In this document: piece after piece, positions 16,234-25,362 of the stretch
Layout: each line of letters starts with the position of its first letter
Position numbering within the stretch: the stretch's first letter is position 1
Source of the DNA: an uncultured Pseudomonadota bacterium
GTDB taxonomy: Bacteria; SAR324; NAC60-12
Assembly (NCBI GenBank): GCA_913020725.1
Contig: CAJWCD010000040.1
Coordinates: forward strand, 1-25,362
DNA length: 25,362 nt
Direction of reading: 5' to 3'
Notes under the pieces: generated by a model
What the model was told of the DNA's origin: nothing
What the model saw: the letters and a program-made list of their open reading frames with translations, nothing else
The model's database searches: none
Program-made: the position numbers and the translations under genes

Positions 16234-18329
16234 CCGTGTCCGAACACCCCGTCCTCCGCAAAGAACTTTCGCTGCTCAACGTTTACACGATTGCGACCGG
16301 CACTACGCTCAGTGCAGGATTCTTCCTGCTTCCCGGAATTGCGTTTCGGGAGGCGGGGCCAGCGGTAGTGCTGAGTTACCTGATTGCCGCCGTTCCACTG
16401 GTTCCGGCGATGTTCAGCATTGCGGAACTGGCCACTGCGATGCCACGAGCGGGAGGCGCGTACTATTTCCTTGATCGCAGCCTGGGTCCGCTGGTCGGCA
16501 CCATCGGCGGGTTGGGCACTTGGCTTTCCCTCAACTTCAAGACGGCTTTCGCGCTCATCGGCATGGGCGCGTACCTCGGCATCTTCTGGCCGGAACTGCC
16601 TGCGGTTCCGGTCGCCATGGGATTGGCGGTTTTGTTTGGGTTCCTGAACCTGTTTGGGGCGCGGAAGAGCGGCACGTTCCAAGTCGTGATGGTGCTGGTG
16701 CTGCTCGTCATTCTGGCCGCATTTCTGGGCTGGGGGCTTCCGGAGGTGCAACCGAGCCATTTCGACGGTTTCTTTGCTCACGGCACGGCGGCCTTGTTCT
16801 CGACTGCCGGGCTGGTGTACGTGAGCTATGTGGGCGTTACCAACATCGCCAGCATCGCCGAGGAAATTCGTGACCCGGAACGAAACCTGCCCCTCGGCAT
16901 CTTTCTTGCCATCGGCACCGCCTTGGTGGTTTACGGGTTGGGCACCTATGTGATTGTGGGGCTGCTGCCGGGTCCGGAACTCGCTCAAAGCCTCACGCCT
17001 GTGGCCGGGGCGGCGGATGTCTTGCTGGGCACTCCAGGCAAGGGGATCGTCACCATTGCCGCGCTGTTGGCGTTTGCCTCGGTGGCAAATGCGGGCATCC
17101 TCAGCGCATCGCGCTACCCGCTGGCCATGAGCCGGGACCATCTCATTCCGAGACACTTCGCCCGCATCACCACCAGAGGCGCCCCCGTTTTCGGCATCTT
17201 GGTCACAGTCGCCGCGATCCTCGTGTTTGTGAGTTGCCTAGACATCACCCGCATCGTTAAACTCGCCAGCGCGTTTCAATTGTTGATGTTCTCGTTGCTG
17301 TGCGTGGCGGTCATCGTGATGCGCGAAAGCGGGCTGGAGTCCTACGACCCGGGGTTCCGGTCGCCGTTCTACCCGTGGATGCAGGTGTTTGGCGTCTTTG
17401 CCCCGCTCGTGTTGATTGTGGAGATGGGGATTTTCCCGATCCTCTTCTCACTGAGCCTGATTGCGTTGGGCACGGTGTGGTATCTCGCCTACGCCCGCTC
17501 CCGCGTGATCCGCAGCGGTGCGATCTACCACCTTTTCGCCCGACTCGGTGAACAGCGCTATGCGGGTTTGGACACGGAACTCCGCAACATCCTGAAGGAG
17601 AAGGGAGTGCGCGAGGAAGATTCCTTCGACGAGGTGGTGGCGCGGGCGGAGGTGATCGACCTTCCGGATTTCAGCACGTTTGAGGACATTGTTCAGCAAG
17701 CCTCGAACGCGCTTGGTTCGAAAGTGCAAACGCTTCCGGAAACGCTTGCCAGAGATTTTCTGGAGGGCAGCCGCATTGGGGCCACTCCGGTGTCGCACGG
17801 AGCCGTCTTGCCGCACACTCGCATCGCAGGGCTTGCTCAGTCGGAATTGGTGCTGGTGCGCTGCCGGGAAGGCCGCTATGTTGAGGTTCCCGGACCTTCC
17901 GGAGGTCTGACCCGCACGGGACCAGTCCATGCGTTTTTCTTCATTGTCAGTCCCAACGAAAACCCCGGACAGCACCTGCGCATCCTCGCGCAAATCGCCG
18001 GACGGGTGGACGAATCGAACTTTCTAGAGGAGTGGTTGGCCGCTGCGGACGATCAGGAACTCAAGGAAAACCTGCTCCGCGACGAACGCTTCCTCTCCAT
18101 CAAACTGAAGGCAAGCACCGCCTCCAGTGCCTTGGTTGGGCGAACGCTCCGGGAAGTTGCTATGCCGGAAGGTTGCCTCGTTGCCCTCATCCGCCGGGGT
18201 TCCGAAACCTTGGTCCCGCAAGGCAACACGACACTGCACGAAAATGATCGACTCACCCTCATCGGCGACGCCAAAGGCATCCGCCGCCTGCAAGACCAGT
18301 ACGTCAATGGCTCCCCCGCGATTTCCTAA
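16230..18329 (+). CDS. APC-family amino acid/cation permease fused to a PTS EIIA-2 domain and a C-terminal TrkA-C (RCK_C) domain
   Basis: About 12 TM segments with LRKELSLL, GFFLLPG, AELATAMPRAGGAY, IAEEIRDPERNLP, SRYPLAMSRD. These are followed by EIIA-like GATPVSHGAVLPHTR...HLRILAQIA and RCK_C LVGRTLREVAMPEGCLVALIRRG....PQGNTTLHENDRLTLIG. The GTG start overlaps the lolA stop (GTGA). Confidence 0.88.
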   Translation: MTVSEHPVLRKELSLLNVYTIATGTTLSAGFFLLPGIAFREAGPAVVLSYLIAAVPLVPAMFSIAELATAMPRAGGAYYFLDRSLGPLVGTIGGLGTWLSLNFKTAFALIGMGAYLGIFWPELPAVPVAMGLAVLFGFLNLFGARKSGTFQVVMVLVLLVILAAFLGWGLPEVQPSHFDGFFAHGTAALFSTAGLVYVSYVGVTNIASIAEEIRDPERNLPLGIFLAIGTALVVYGLGTYVIVGLLPGPELAQSLTPVAGAADVLLGTPGKGIVTIAALLAFASVANAGILSASRYPLAMSRDHLIPRHFARITTRGAPVFGILVTVAAILVFVSCLDITRIVKLASAFQLLMFSLLCVAVIVMRESGLESYDPGFRSPFYPWMQVFGVFAPLVLIVEMGIFPILFSLSLIALGTVWYLAYARSRVIRSGAIYHLFARLGEQRYAGLDTELRNILKEKGVREEDSFDEVVARAEVIDLPDFSTFEDIVQQASNALGSKVQTLPETLARDFLEGSRIGATPVSHGAVLPHTRIAGLAQSELVLVRCREGRYVEVPGPSGGLTRTGPVHAFFFIVSPNENPGQHLRILAQIAGRVDESNFLEEWLAAADDQELKENLLRDERFLSIKLKASTASSALVGRTLREVAMPEGCLVALIRRGSETLVPQGNTTLHENDRLTLIGDAKGIRRLQDQYVNGSPAIS

Positions 18330-18347
18330 CTCACTGCTTCCAACACC

Positions 18348-19097
<750 letters not shown>

Positions 19098-19102
19098 ACG
19101 GC

Positions 19103-19903
19103 ATGTTTCCCACCCTCTTCTCTCTGGAAATCCCGTTTCTGGACCTCACGCTGGAGCCGAGGTTTTACGGGCTGTTTTACGCCATCGCCATCCTAATCGG
19201 CTCCCGGATTGTGCTGTCCGAAGTGCAACGCCGCGAGTTGGGTCTCAGCGACGACGACGCGATGAACCTCACGCTTTACGCCTTTCTCGTCGGACTCCTC
19301 GGTGCCCGGACGTATGAGATCGTGATGGAATGGTCCAACTACTACGCGCATCAACCCTTCTGGAAGGTGTTTGCCGTTTGGCAGGGCGGGCTTGCCATCC
19401 ACGGGGGTATCATCGGCGGTAGCCTCTACACAATCTTCTACTGCCGACGCAAGCGGATTTCCCAAGCGCATTTTCTGGACATCGCCGCGCTTTGCATGAT
19501 TCAGGGGCAAGCGATTGGACGCTGGGGGAACTTCACCAACGGCGAGGCCGCCGGCCCCATGACGGACTTCTGGACCGGAATCGTCTTTCCTCCCGGAACC
19601 GTGATTGACCGCTATGCCCAAGGACAGCCGGTGCATCCGACCATGATCTACGAATCGCTGGGGAACGCGGTCCTCTTCCTCATCCTCTGGCGGTTGCGGC
19701 TCAAGAATTTTCCTCCCGGAATGCTCTGCGCCCTCTACCTGATCGGCTACTCGGTCCTGCGCTCGGCCCTCACACCCTTCCGGATGGACAATCAATACCT
19801 CACTCTCGGCAACACCGTCGTCCTCGCCCCCTACGCCGTCAGCGTGGTGCTGACGCTGGTGGCCTTGGCGTGGATTCACCAAATGCGCAAACATGCCAAC
19901 TGA
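19103..19903 (+). CDS. lgt: Prolipoprotein diacylglyceryl transferase
   Basis: FYGL, GAR.Y, WQGGLAIHGG, GQAIGRWGNFTNGE, HPTMIYES. Confidence 0.96.
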   Translation: MFPTLFSLEIPFLDLTLEPRFYGLFYAIAILIGSRIVLSEVQRRELGLSDDDAMNLTLYAFLVGLLGARTYEIVMEWSNYYAHQPFWKVFAVWQGGLAIHGGIIGGSLYTIFYCRRKRISQAHFLDIAALCMIQGQAIGRWGNFTNGEAAGPMTDFWTGIVFPPGTVIDRYAQGQPVHPTMIYESLGNAVLFLILWRLRLKNFPPGMLCALYLIGYSVLRSALTPFRMDNQYLTLGNTVVLAPYAVSVVLTLVALAWIHQMRKHAN

Positions 19904-21782
19904 AGTTCCCCTGACCTGGCTCTCGACGGATCGGACTCCACAATCCGCTATTGCCGCCGGGGATCGCATTTTCTTGCAACTCCTGCTGTGGTCGTTGCTC
20001 TTTGCGGGCTACTCCAGTTTTTTTGTGTTCTCGGCCTCGGTTGCGTCTGCAACGAAGTGGCAGATGGGCATCAGCACGGTGCTGAACTCCCTGTTCCTCT
20101 TCACTTTGCTTCAGGGTATTTTCTTCATGCTCCGCCTCTTTGGAACAACCCTCGTCCAGTGGCTGCTGCTGGCCTTCTGCGGACTTTCGATTCCGCTCTT
20201 GGTGCTTGACTTCCTCGTCTTCCAGCAGTTCAAGTTCCACATCAACAGCTTTGTGCTGAAGGTGATACTCCAGCCCAACATCTTCGAAACCCTCAATTTG
20301 GGTTGGCGGGAGGGGGCGACCGCATTGCTGGTGCTGGCCGTGGGGATGTTGGCCGTGCTGGCGGTTTGGCGCGGCACCGCCGTTGTGGGGGGGACGCCGC
20401 TCCGCAAGGCCGTTGCCGGACCTTGGCGTAAGCTGGGCATCTGCCTGCTGATTTTTCTGGCAACGCTGGGAGACAAGGTGTTTTTTGCATGGCAGTTGTT
20501 TCAGGTAAACACAGAGATTTATCTCGTGGGAAGGCGCGTACCCCTCTACATCCCGGTGCAGATGAGCCGGGGGTTCGAGGAGTTCGGCTTCACCAAACCC
20601 CAAGCGGCTGGCCCCGTGGACACCCGCCGCTCCCAGACGGTGCGCTACCCCTTGCAGCCCGTTTCCTTTCCGGAAGCTCAGCCGTCGTACCCCAACATCG
20701 TGCTGCTGATTTCCGAGAAAATGCGCCATGACATCATCAACCTTGAAGTCACGCCCCGGATCCTGCAACACGTCCGCTGCTGCTTCAGCAAGTTCCGGAA
20801 TCACTACTCGGCGTCGAACGCTTCCGCAGGGGGCTTGTTCGGCATGTTCTACAGCCTGCCCGCCAACTATCAGGACGCCTTTGGCAAAGCACAGGTGACT
20901 CCGGTACTGCTGGATTTGCTGGAAGCCCGCAACTACGAATTCGCCCTGCTCGCCAAAGAGGACTTGGGCTACTTTGGCACGGACGAGATCATCTTCAACA
21001 AACTCCGCAGCCACATCCGGGATCGGTTCCCCTCGGAAGCCGAGATGATTGACCATGCCCTTGGAGTGCTGGAATCCCGCAAGCAGCGCAAGACGGCGCG
21101 TCCGTTGTTCCTGCTGATCATTCACGATGCCCCCCACCATCCGCAGTTTGTGAGCGAGCAGTACCAGCGCTTTCAGCCCGCTGAGTACATGCCGCTCTTC
21201 AATCCGGACCTGCCAGAACACCAAGTGCGGGCCGCCAACCAGTTCAAGAACGCCTACACGCTGGTGGACGATGAAATGGGGCGCATGTTGGACGCCCTGA
21301 AGGACCACGGGTATTTCGACAACTCGGTTGTCGTCGTCACTGGAGATCACGGTCACGAGCAGTACGAACACGGCCACTGGGGCCATGCCTCCGCCTTCAC
21401 GAAAGAACAAACGCAGGTCAGCTTCTTCCTGCACCTTCCGGGGCAGGTTGAGTATGAGGAGGTGTCCCGGCTCACCTCGCACTTGGACCTCGTGCCGACC
21501 TTCTTGGAGGTGCTGAACGAACCACTGCCCTTGCAGCATTTCGCTCTGGGGGAATCCCTGCTGTCTCCGGCCAAGCGGGAGTACATCATGATGGGCGGGA
21601 TGGCCAACAGTGTGCTGTTTGATGGCCGGGTCAAGATTGACTACACCCCCTTCGAGGGCATTGCGCTCTACCGGGTGGTGGACCAAGACGACGAGCCGCT
21701 TGCCGACTCCGATGCCGTGATTGTGGAGTACACCCCCTTGCTGCTGGACATGTTCGAGAAGCTTGGACGCTTCTACCGCTGA
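19893..21782 (+). CDS. Inner-membrane protein with periplasmic alkaline-phosphatase/sulfatase-fold domain, YejM/PbgA (DUF3413)-like
   Basis: About five N-terminal TM helices incl. D..VFQQFKFHIN, linker 'VRYPLQP', then PNIVLL, HYSASNAS..GLFGMFYSL, DAPH, DNSVVVVTGDHG, WGH, LTSHLDLVPT. The start overlaps the lgt stop. Confidence 0.8.
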   Translation: MPTEVPLTWLSTDRTPQSAIAAGDRIFLQLLLWSLLFAGYSSFFVFSASVASATKWQMGISTVLNSLFLFTLLQGIFFMLRLFGTTLVQWLLLAFCGLSIPLLVLDFLVFQQFKFHINSFVLKVILQPNIFETLNLGWREGATALLVLAVGMLAVLAVWRGTAVVGGTPLRKAVAGPWRKLGICLLIFLATLGDKVFFAWQLFQVNTEIYLVGRRVPLYIPVQMSRGFEEFGFTKPQAAGPVDTRRSQTVRYPLQPVSFPEAQPSYPNIVLLISEKMRHDIINLEVTPRILQHVRCCFSKFRNHYSASNASAGGLFGMFYSLPANYQDAFGKAQVTPVLLDLLEARNYEFALLAKEDLGYFGTDEIIFNKLRSHIRDRFPSEAEMIDHALGVLESRKQRKTARPLFLLIIHDAPHHPQFVSEQYQRFQPAEYMPLFNPDLPEHQVRAANQFKNAYTLVDDEMGRMLDALKDHGYFDNSVVVVTGDHGHEQYEHGHWGHASAFTKEQTQVSFFLHLPGQVEYEEVSRLTSHLDLVPTFLEVLNEPLPLQHFALGESLLSPAKREYIMMGGMANSVLFDGRVKIDYTPFEGIALYRVVDQDDEPLADSDAVIVEYTPLLLDMFEKLGRFYR

Positions 21783-21794
21783 TCCTAGTTTGCT

Positions 21795-21823
21795 TTGTCT
21801 TTGCGCTGGCAGTGTGGTACTTA
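21795..21823 (+). promoter_or_regulatory. Possible sigma70 promoter for the DUF6883/DUF4926 pair
   Basis: TTGTCT (21795-21800), 17-nt spacer ending TGTGG, TACTTA (21818-21823). The -10 lacks the usual final T. Confidence 0.25.
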
Positions 21824-21842
21824 TTGACCTGATTGGTCTGCG

Positions 21843-22174
21843 ATGATCCTAGACGTTCCTCCTGCAAAAATACTGGATACCTGCTTGATGAAACCCATCC
21901 TGATGGAGCAAGCAAAGCCGTTTTTTTCAGGGGCTATGGTTTTCGCAGAGATCGCTGGCACGAATTGGCTGAAGCTCTCAAGCAACACGCTCTTGATCAT
22001 GGCTCCGGAGTACAGGTACCGTCCCCTTTCGGAGTTTGGTATGTTGTGGAAGGAACGATGATTACTCCTGACAATCGGTTTCCCTGAGTGCGCTCCATCT
22101 GGTTTGAGCCTCTGGAAAGCACGATCCTGCGATTGGTGAGTGCCTATCCGATGCCTCCAAAAACAAGTCGCTGA
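21843..22174 (+). pseudogene. DUF6883-like (putative toxin) gene disrupted by a 1-nt frameshift (~21871) and an in-frame TGA (22085-22087)
   Basis: Joining frames gives MILDVPPAKI/TGYLLDETHPDGASKAVFFRGYGF....W..LAEALKQH.....SPFGVWYVVEGTMITPDNRFP*VRSIWF......RLVSAYP. The YLL...HP.G..KA.FF, PFG..Y.VEG...TPD, VRS.W and RLV.AYP motifs match this family as I recall it. It ends at TGA 22172-22174. Confidence 0.78.
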
Positions 22175-22175
22175 A

Positions 22176-22418
22176 ATGGCATCAAATTATCCGGAACACA
22201 GTCGAGTCGCATTGCAAGAGGATCTGCCCGGACACGGACTGAGCGCGGGAGATGTGGGAACGGTGGTCACAGTGCATCATCACCGTAAAGGCTACGAGGT
22301 CGAATTCTGCACTTTATTCGGCGAGACCGCTGCCATCGTCAGCCTGTATCCGCAGCAAATCCGCTCGCTTCGCCCCAACGAGCTGGCACATGCACGTGAA
22401 TTGGCGACGGCCTCGTAA
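22176..22418 (+). CDS. DUF4926-family protein (putative antitoxin/partner), 80 aa
   Basis: MASNYPEHSRVALQEDLPGHGLSAGDVGTVV....GYEVEF..LFGETAAIVSL...QIR......AHAR carries the DUF4926 signature DLP..GL..GDVGTVV / YEVEF. The ATG lies 1 nt after the upstream stop. Confidence 0.88.
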   Translation: MASNYPEHSRVALQEDLPGHGLSAGDVGTVVTVHHHRKGYEVEFCTLFGETAAIVSLYPQQIRSLRPNELAHARELATAS

Positions 22419-22473
22419 CCCTCTTCAGGAACGCCTCTTATCCCTCGTGGATTCAACCTAATCACGTTTCACT

Positions 22474-25362
22474 ATGACTTCATTGACCAACCTCCTCCAA
22501 CAAGACGACTTCCACCAGCGACACATCGGCTTTCAAGGCGCCGACCGTGACGCGATGCTCCAAGCGGTGGTGGCCGACTCTCTCAATGATTTGATGGATC
22601 AGGCGGTGCCGCCGTCCATCCGGATGTCGGGCGAACTGGAACTTCCGGGGCCACGAACCGAAGCGCAAGCCCTTGCGGAACTGGCCGAGATGGCGGGCAA
22701 AAACCAGGTGCTGAAATCCTACATCGGCATGGGGTACCACGACACTATCACCCCCAGCGTGATCCTCCGGAATCTGCTGGAGCATCCCGGTTGGTACACC
22801 GCCTACACGCCGTATCAGGCCGAGATTTCGCAGGGGCGGTTGGAAATGCTGCTGAATTTTCAGCAGTTGATCATGGACCTCACGGGTATGGACGTCGCCA
22901 ATGCCTCCCTGCTGGACGAAGCCACGGCAGCGGCGGAAGCCATGACCTTCTGCAAGCGCGTCTCCCGTAGCAAGTCGAACCGCTTTTTTGTCACGGATGA
23001 TTGCCACCCGCAAACGCTGGATGTCCTCAAAACCCGTGCGGAACCACTGGGGCTGGAACTGGTCGTCGGCAATCCGTGGGACGGGTGCGAGGACGCCTAT
23101 GGTGTGTTGCTCCAGTATCCCGGAACCTTTGGGGACATCTCCAGTTTGGGAGAACTGTCGGCACAGTGGCAGGAACGTGGAGCAATGGTGGCGGTGGCCG
23201 CCGATTTGCTGAGCCTCGTCCTGCTCAAGCCTCCGGGGGAGTTCGGAGCGGATGTGGTGGTGGGCAGTGCCCAGCGCTTTGGTGTGCCGATGGGCTACGG
23301 TGGCCCTCATGCGGGATTCTTCGCAACACGGGATGCTCACAAACGCGCCATGCCGGGGCGGTTGATCGGGGTGTCGGTGGATCGGCGTGGGAAACTGGCC
23401 CTGCGCATGGCCCTACAAACCCGCGAACAGCACATCCGCCGCGAGAAGGCGACCAGCAACATCTGCACGGCGCAAGTGCTGCTGGCAAACGTTGCAGCAG
23501 CGTATGCGCTCTACCACGGTCCGGAAGGGCTGACCACCATCGCCCAGCGGGTGCATCACCTCACCTATTTGCTCGCCTGTGGACTCCGGAAAGCTGGACT
23601 GGACACGAACGCAACTTTCTTCGACACCCTCACCGTGAATGTTCCGGACGCCAATACGACTCAGCAACGCTCGGTTGCTGTCGGCATGAACCTCCGGAAG
23701 ATCGACTCGAACCGAGTCGGAATCAGCTTTGACGAGGCCACCACCGCCGAGGACGTCACCCGATTGTTGAAGGTGTTGTGTCCGGATTCAACCGCGCCCT
23801 CCATTGCAGAACTCACACAGGAGTTGGAGCAGGCGGGGTTAGGCATTCCGCAGGGCATGCGGCGCACTTCCGAATTCCTCACGCATCCGGTCTTCCACGA
23901 GCATCGTTCGGAAACCTCGATGATGCGCTACCTCAAGCGGCTGGAGGGCAAGGACATCGCCTTGGACCGGGCGATGATCCCCTTGGGGTCTTGCACAATG
24001 AAGCTCAACGCCGCCACCGAAATGCGGCCCGTCACTTGGCCAGAGTTTGGGCGGATGCACCCCTTTGTGCCCATCGAGCAGGCCACCGGCTATGCCGAAC
24101 TGATCGGCGGCTTGGAGGACATGCTCTGCCAACTCACAGGGTTTGACGCAATCTGCATGCAGCCCAACTCCGGAGCGCAGGGCGAATATGCGGGCTTGCT
24201 GGTGATCCGCAAGTACCACCAAAGCCGAGGTGAGGGGCACCGCGAAGTCTGTCTGATTCCCAGTTCCGCGCACGGCACCAATCCCGCCAGTGCCGCAATG
24301 CAGGGCATGAAGGTAGTCATCGTCAAATGCGATTCTGACGGCAACATTGACATGGCCGACCTCCGGGGAAAGGCCGAGAAACATGCCGACCGCCTTGCCG
24401 CCCTGATGATTACCTACCCCTCCACCCACGGGGTTTTTGAGCCGACCATCACGGAAATCTGCGAGATCATCCACCAACACGGCGGGCAGGTTTACATGGA
24501 TGGGGCCAACCTCAACGCCCTCGTTGGCATCGCACAACCCGGACTTTACGGGGCAGACGTTTCGCACATGAACCTGCACAAAACCTTCTGCATTCCGCAT
24601 GGGGGCGGCGGTCCCGGCATGGGGCCGATCGGCATGAAGGCGCATTTGGCTCCGTTCATGGCGAGCCACGCGGTGGTGCCGCCTCCGGGAACCGATCCGG
24701 CCCAATCCGCCATTTCCGCCGCGCCGTGGGGCAGTCCGAGCGTCCTTCCCATCTCGTGGGCCTACCTCCGCATGATGGGCGGTTCCGGACTCAAACTCGC
24801 CACACAATCGGCGATTTTGGCGGCGAACTACCTAGCCCAGCGGTTGGAGGGCGCGTTTCCGGTTCTCTACACCGGGCAGAATAATCGTGTGGCCCACGAG
24901 TGCATCCTTGACATCCGAGGCATCAAAGAGTCATCCGGAATCACCGAAGAGGATGTTGCCAAGCGACTCATCGATTACGGATTCCACGCGCCCACGATGT
25001 CGTGGCCTGTGCCCGGAACCCTGATGATCGAACCGACCGAAAGCGAACCCAAGGCCGAGTTGGACCGCTTCTGCAACGCGATGCTGAACATCCGCGAGGA
25101 AATCGCCAAGGTCGAATCCGGAATCTGGAGCCGTGAGGACAACCCTTTGAAAAACGCGCCACACACGCTCGATGATCTCATGGACGAGTGGACGCATTCG
25201 TACAGCAAGGCCGAGGCCGTCTATCCGGCCCCCGCCCTCAAGCACAACAAGTACTGGTCACCTGTCAATCGGATCGACAATGTTTACGGGGATCGCAACG
25301 TGGTGTGTTCGTGTCCGCCTCCGGAAGCCTACGAGGATGGGGTTTTAGAGTATGAAGCCTAG
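22474..25362 (+). CDS. gcvP: Glycine dehydrogenase (decarboxylating), single-chain P-protein of the glycine cleavage system
   Basis: [82 protein letters not shown]-lysine motif [18 protein letters not shown]-like GDRNVVCSC. Stop TAG at the window end. Confidence 0.98.
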   Translation: MTSLTNLLQQDDFHQRHIGFQGADRDAMLQAVVADSLNDLMDQAVPPSIRMSGELELPGPRTEAQALAELAEMAGKNQVLKSYIGMGYHDTITPSVILRNLLEHPGWYTAYTPYQAEISQGRLEMLLNFQQLIMDLTGMDVANASLLDEATAAAEAMTFCKRVSRSKSNRFFVTDDCHPQTLDVLKTRAEPLGLELVVGNPWDGCEDAYGVLLQYPGTFGDISSLGELSAQWQERGAMVAVAADLLSLVLLKPPGEFGADVVVGSAQRFGVPMGYGGPHAGFFATRDAHKRAMPGRLIGVSVDRRGKLALRMALQTREQHIRREKATSNICTAQVLLANVAAAYALYHGPEGLTTIAQRVHHLTYLLACGLRKAGLDTNATFFDTLTVNVPDANTTQQRSVAVGMNLRKIDSNRVGISFDEATTAEDVTRLLKVLCPDSTAPSIAELTQELEQAGLGIPQGMRRTSEFLTHPVFHEHRSETSMMRYLKRLEGKDIALDRAMIPLGSCTMKLNAATEMRPVTWPEFGRMHPFVPIEQATGYAELIGGLEDMLCQLTGFDAICMQPNSGAQGEYAGLLVIRKYHQSRGEGHREVCLIPSSAHGTNPASAAMQGMKVVIVKCDSDGNIDMADLRGKAEKHADRLAALMITYPSTHGVFEPTITEICEIIHQHGGQVYMDGANLNALVGIAQPGLYGADVSHMNLHKTFCIPHGGGGPGMGPIGMKAHLAPFMASHAVVPPPGTDPAQSAISAAPWGSPSVLPISWAYLRMMGGSGLKLATQSAILAANYLAQRLEGAFPVLYTGQNNRVAHECILDIRGIKESSGITEEDVAKRLIDYGFHAPTMSWPVPGTLMIEPTESEPKAELDRFCNAMLNIREEIAKVESGIWSREDNPLKNAPHTLDDLMDEWTHSYSKAEAVYPAPALKHNKYWSPVNRIDNVYGDRNVVCSCPPPEAYEDGVLEYEA

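Noticed and set aside
22085..22140. In-frame TGA as selenocysteine, or programmed recoding of the DUF6883-like gene
   Set aside because: No SECIS-like hairpin follows, the position is not a Cys-like site, and a separate frameshift upstream lacks a canonical slippery heptamer. Pseudogenisation is simpler.
22110..22430. CTCTGGAAAG (22110) and CTCTTCAGG (~22421) as glycine riboswitch pieces upstream of gcvP
   Set aside because: The linking CCGAAG-GAGCAA elements are missing, the spacing is wrong, and the first motif lies within protein-coding sequence.

Overview
A 25.4 kb bacterial chromosomal segment, roughly 58% GC by eye. Gene content looks deltaproteobacterial, possibly SAR324-like; that taxonomy is inference only. 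From left to right it holds: the 3' end of a TPR (CpoB/YbgF-like) gene; a secreted 647-aa coiled-coil protein ending in a Pal/OmpA-like domain; a convergent 1872-aa lipoprotein made of helical repeats plus about 60 MORN repeats, preceded by a correctly spaced sigma54 -24/-12 motif; ispG; valS; and a nested inverted-repeat (REP/MITE-like) element. Next is a tightly coupled 8-gene operon: signal-peptide-bearing ATP-dependent DNA ligase (Lig E type), GnnA-like oxidoreductase, lptF, lolA, APC permease-EIIA-RCK_C fusion, rph, lgt and a YejM/PbgA-like protein. The window ends with a DUF6883/DUF4926-type pair, whose first gene carries a frameshift and a nonsense codon, and a complete gcvP. No rRNA, tRNA, CRISPR array or transposase was seen. 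The strongest unexplained signal is the palindrome TCCGGA, about 65 copies by manual count against about 8 expected, found in all three codon frames and in intergenic DNA (HIP1-like). Also notable are the hierarchically periodic giant MORN lipoprotein with a recent 210-nt-offset duplication, the exported DNA ligase heading an envelope operon, an IspG of the three-domain lineage that lacks the insert domain, and a ValRS with an atypical editing domain.
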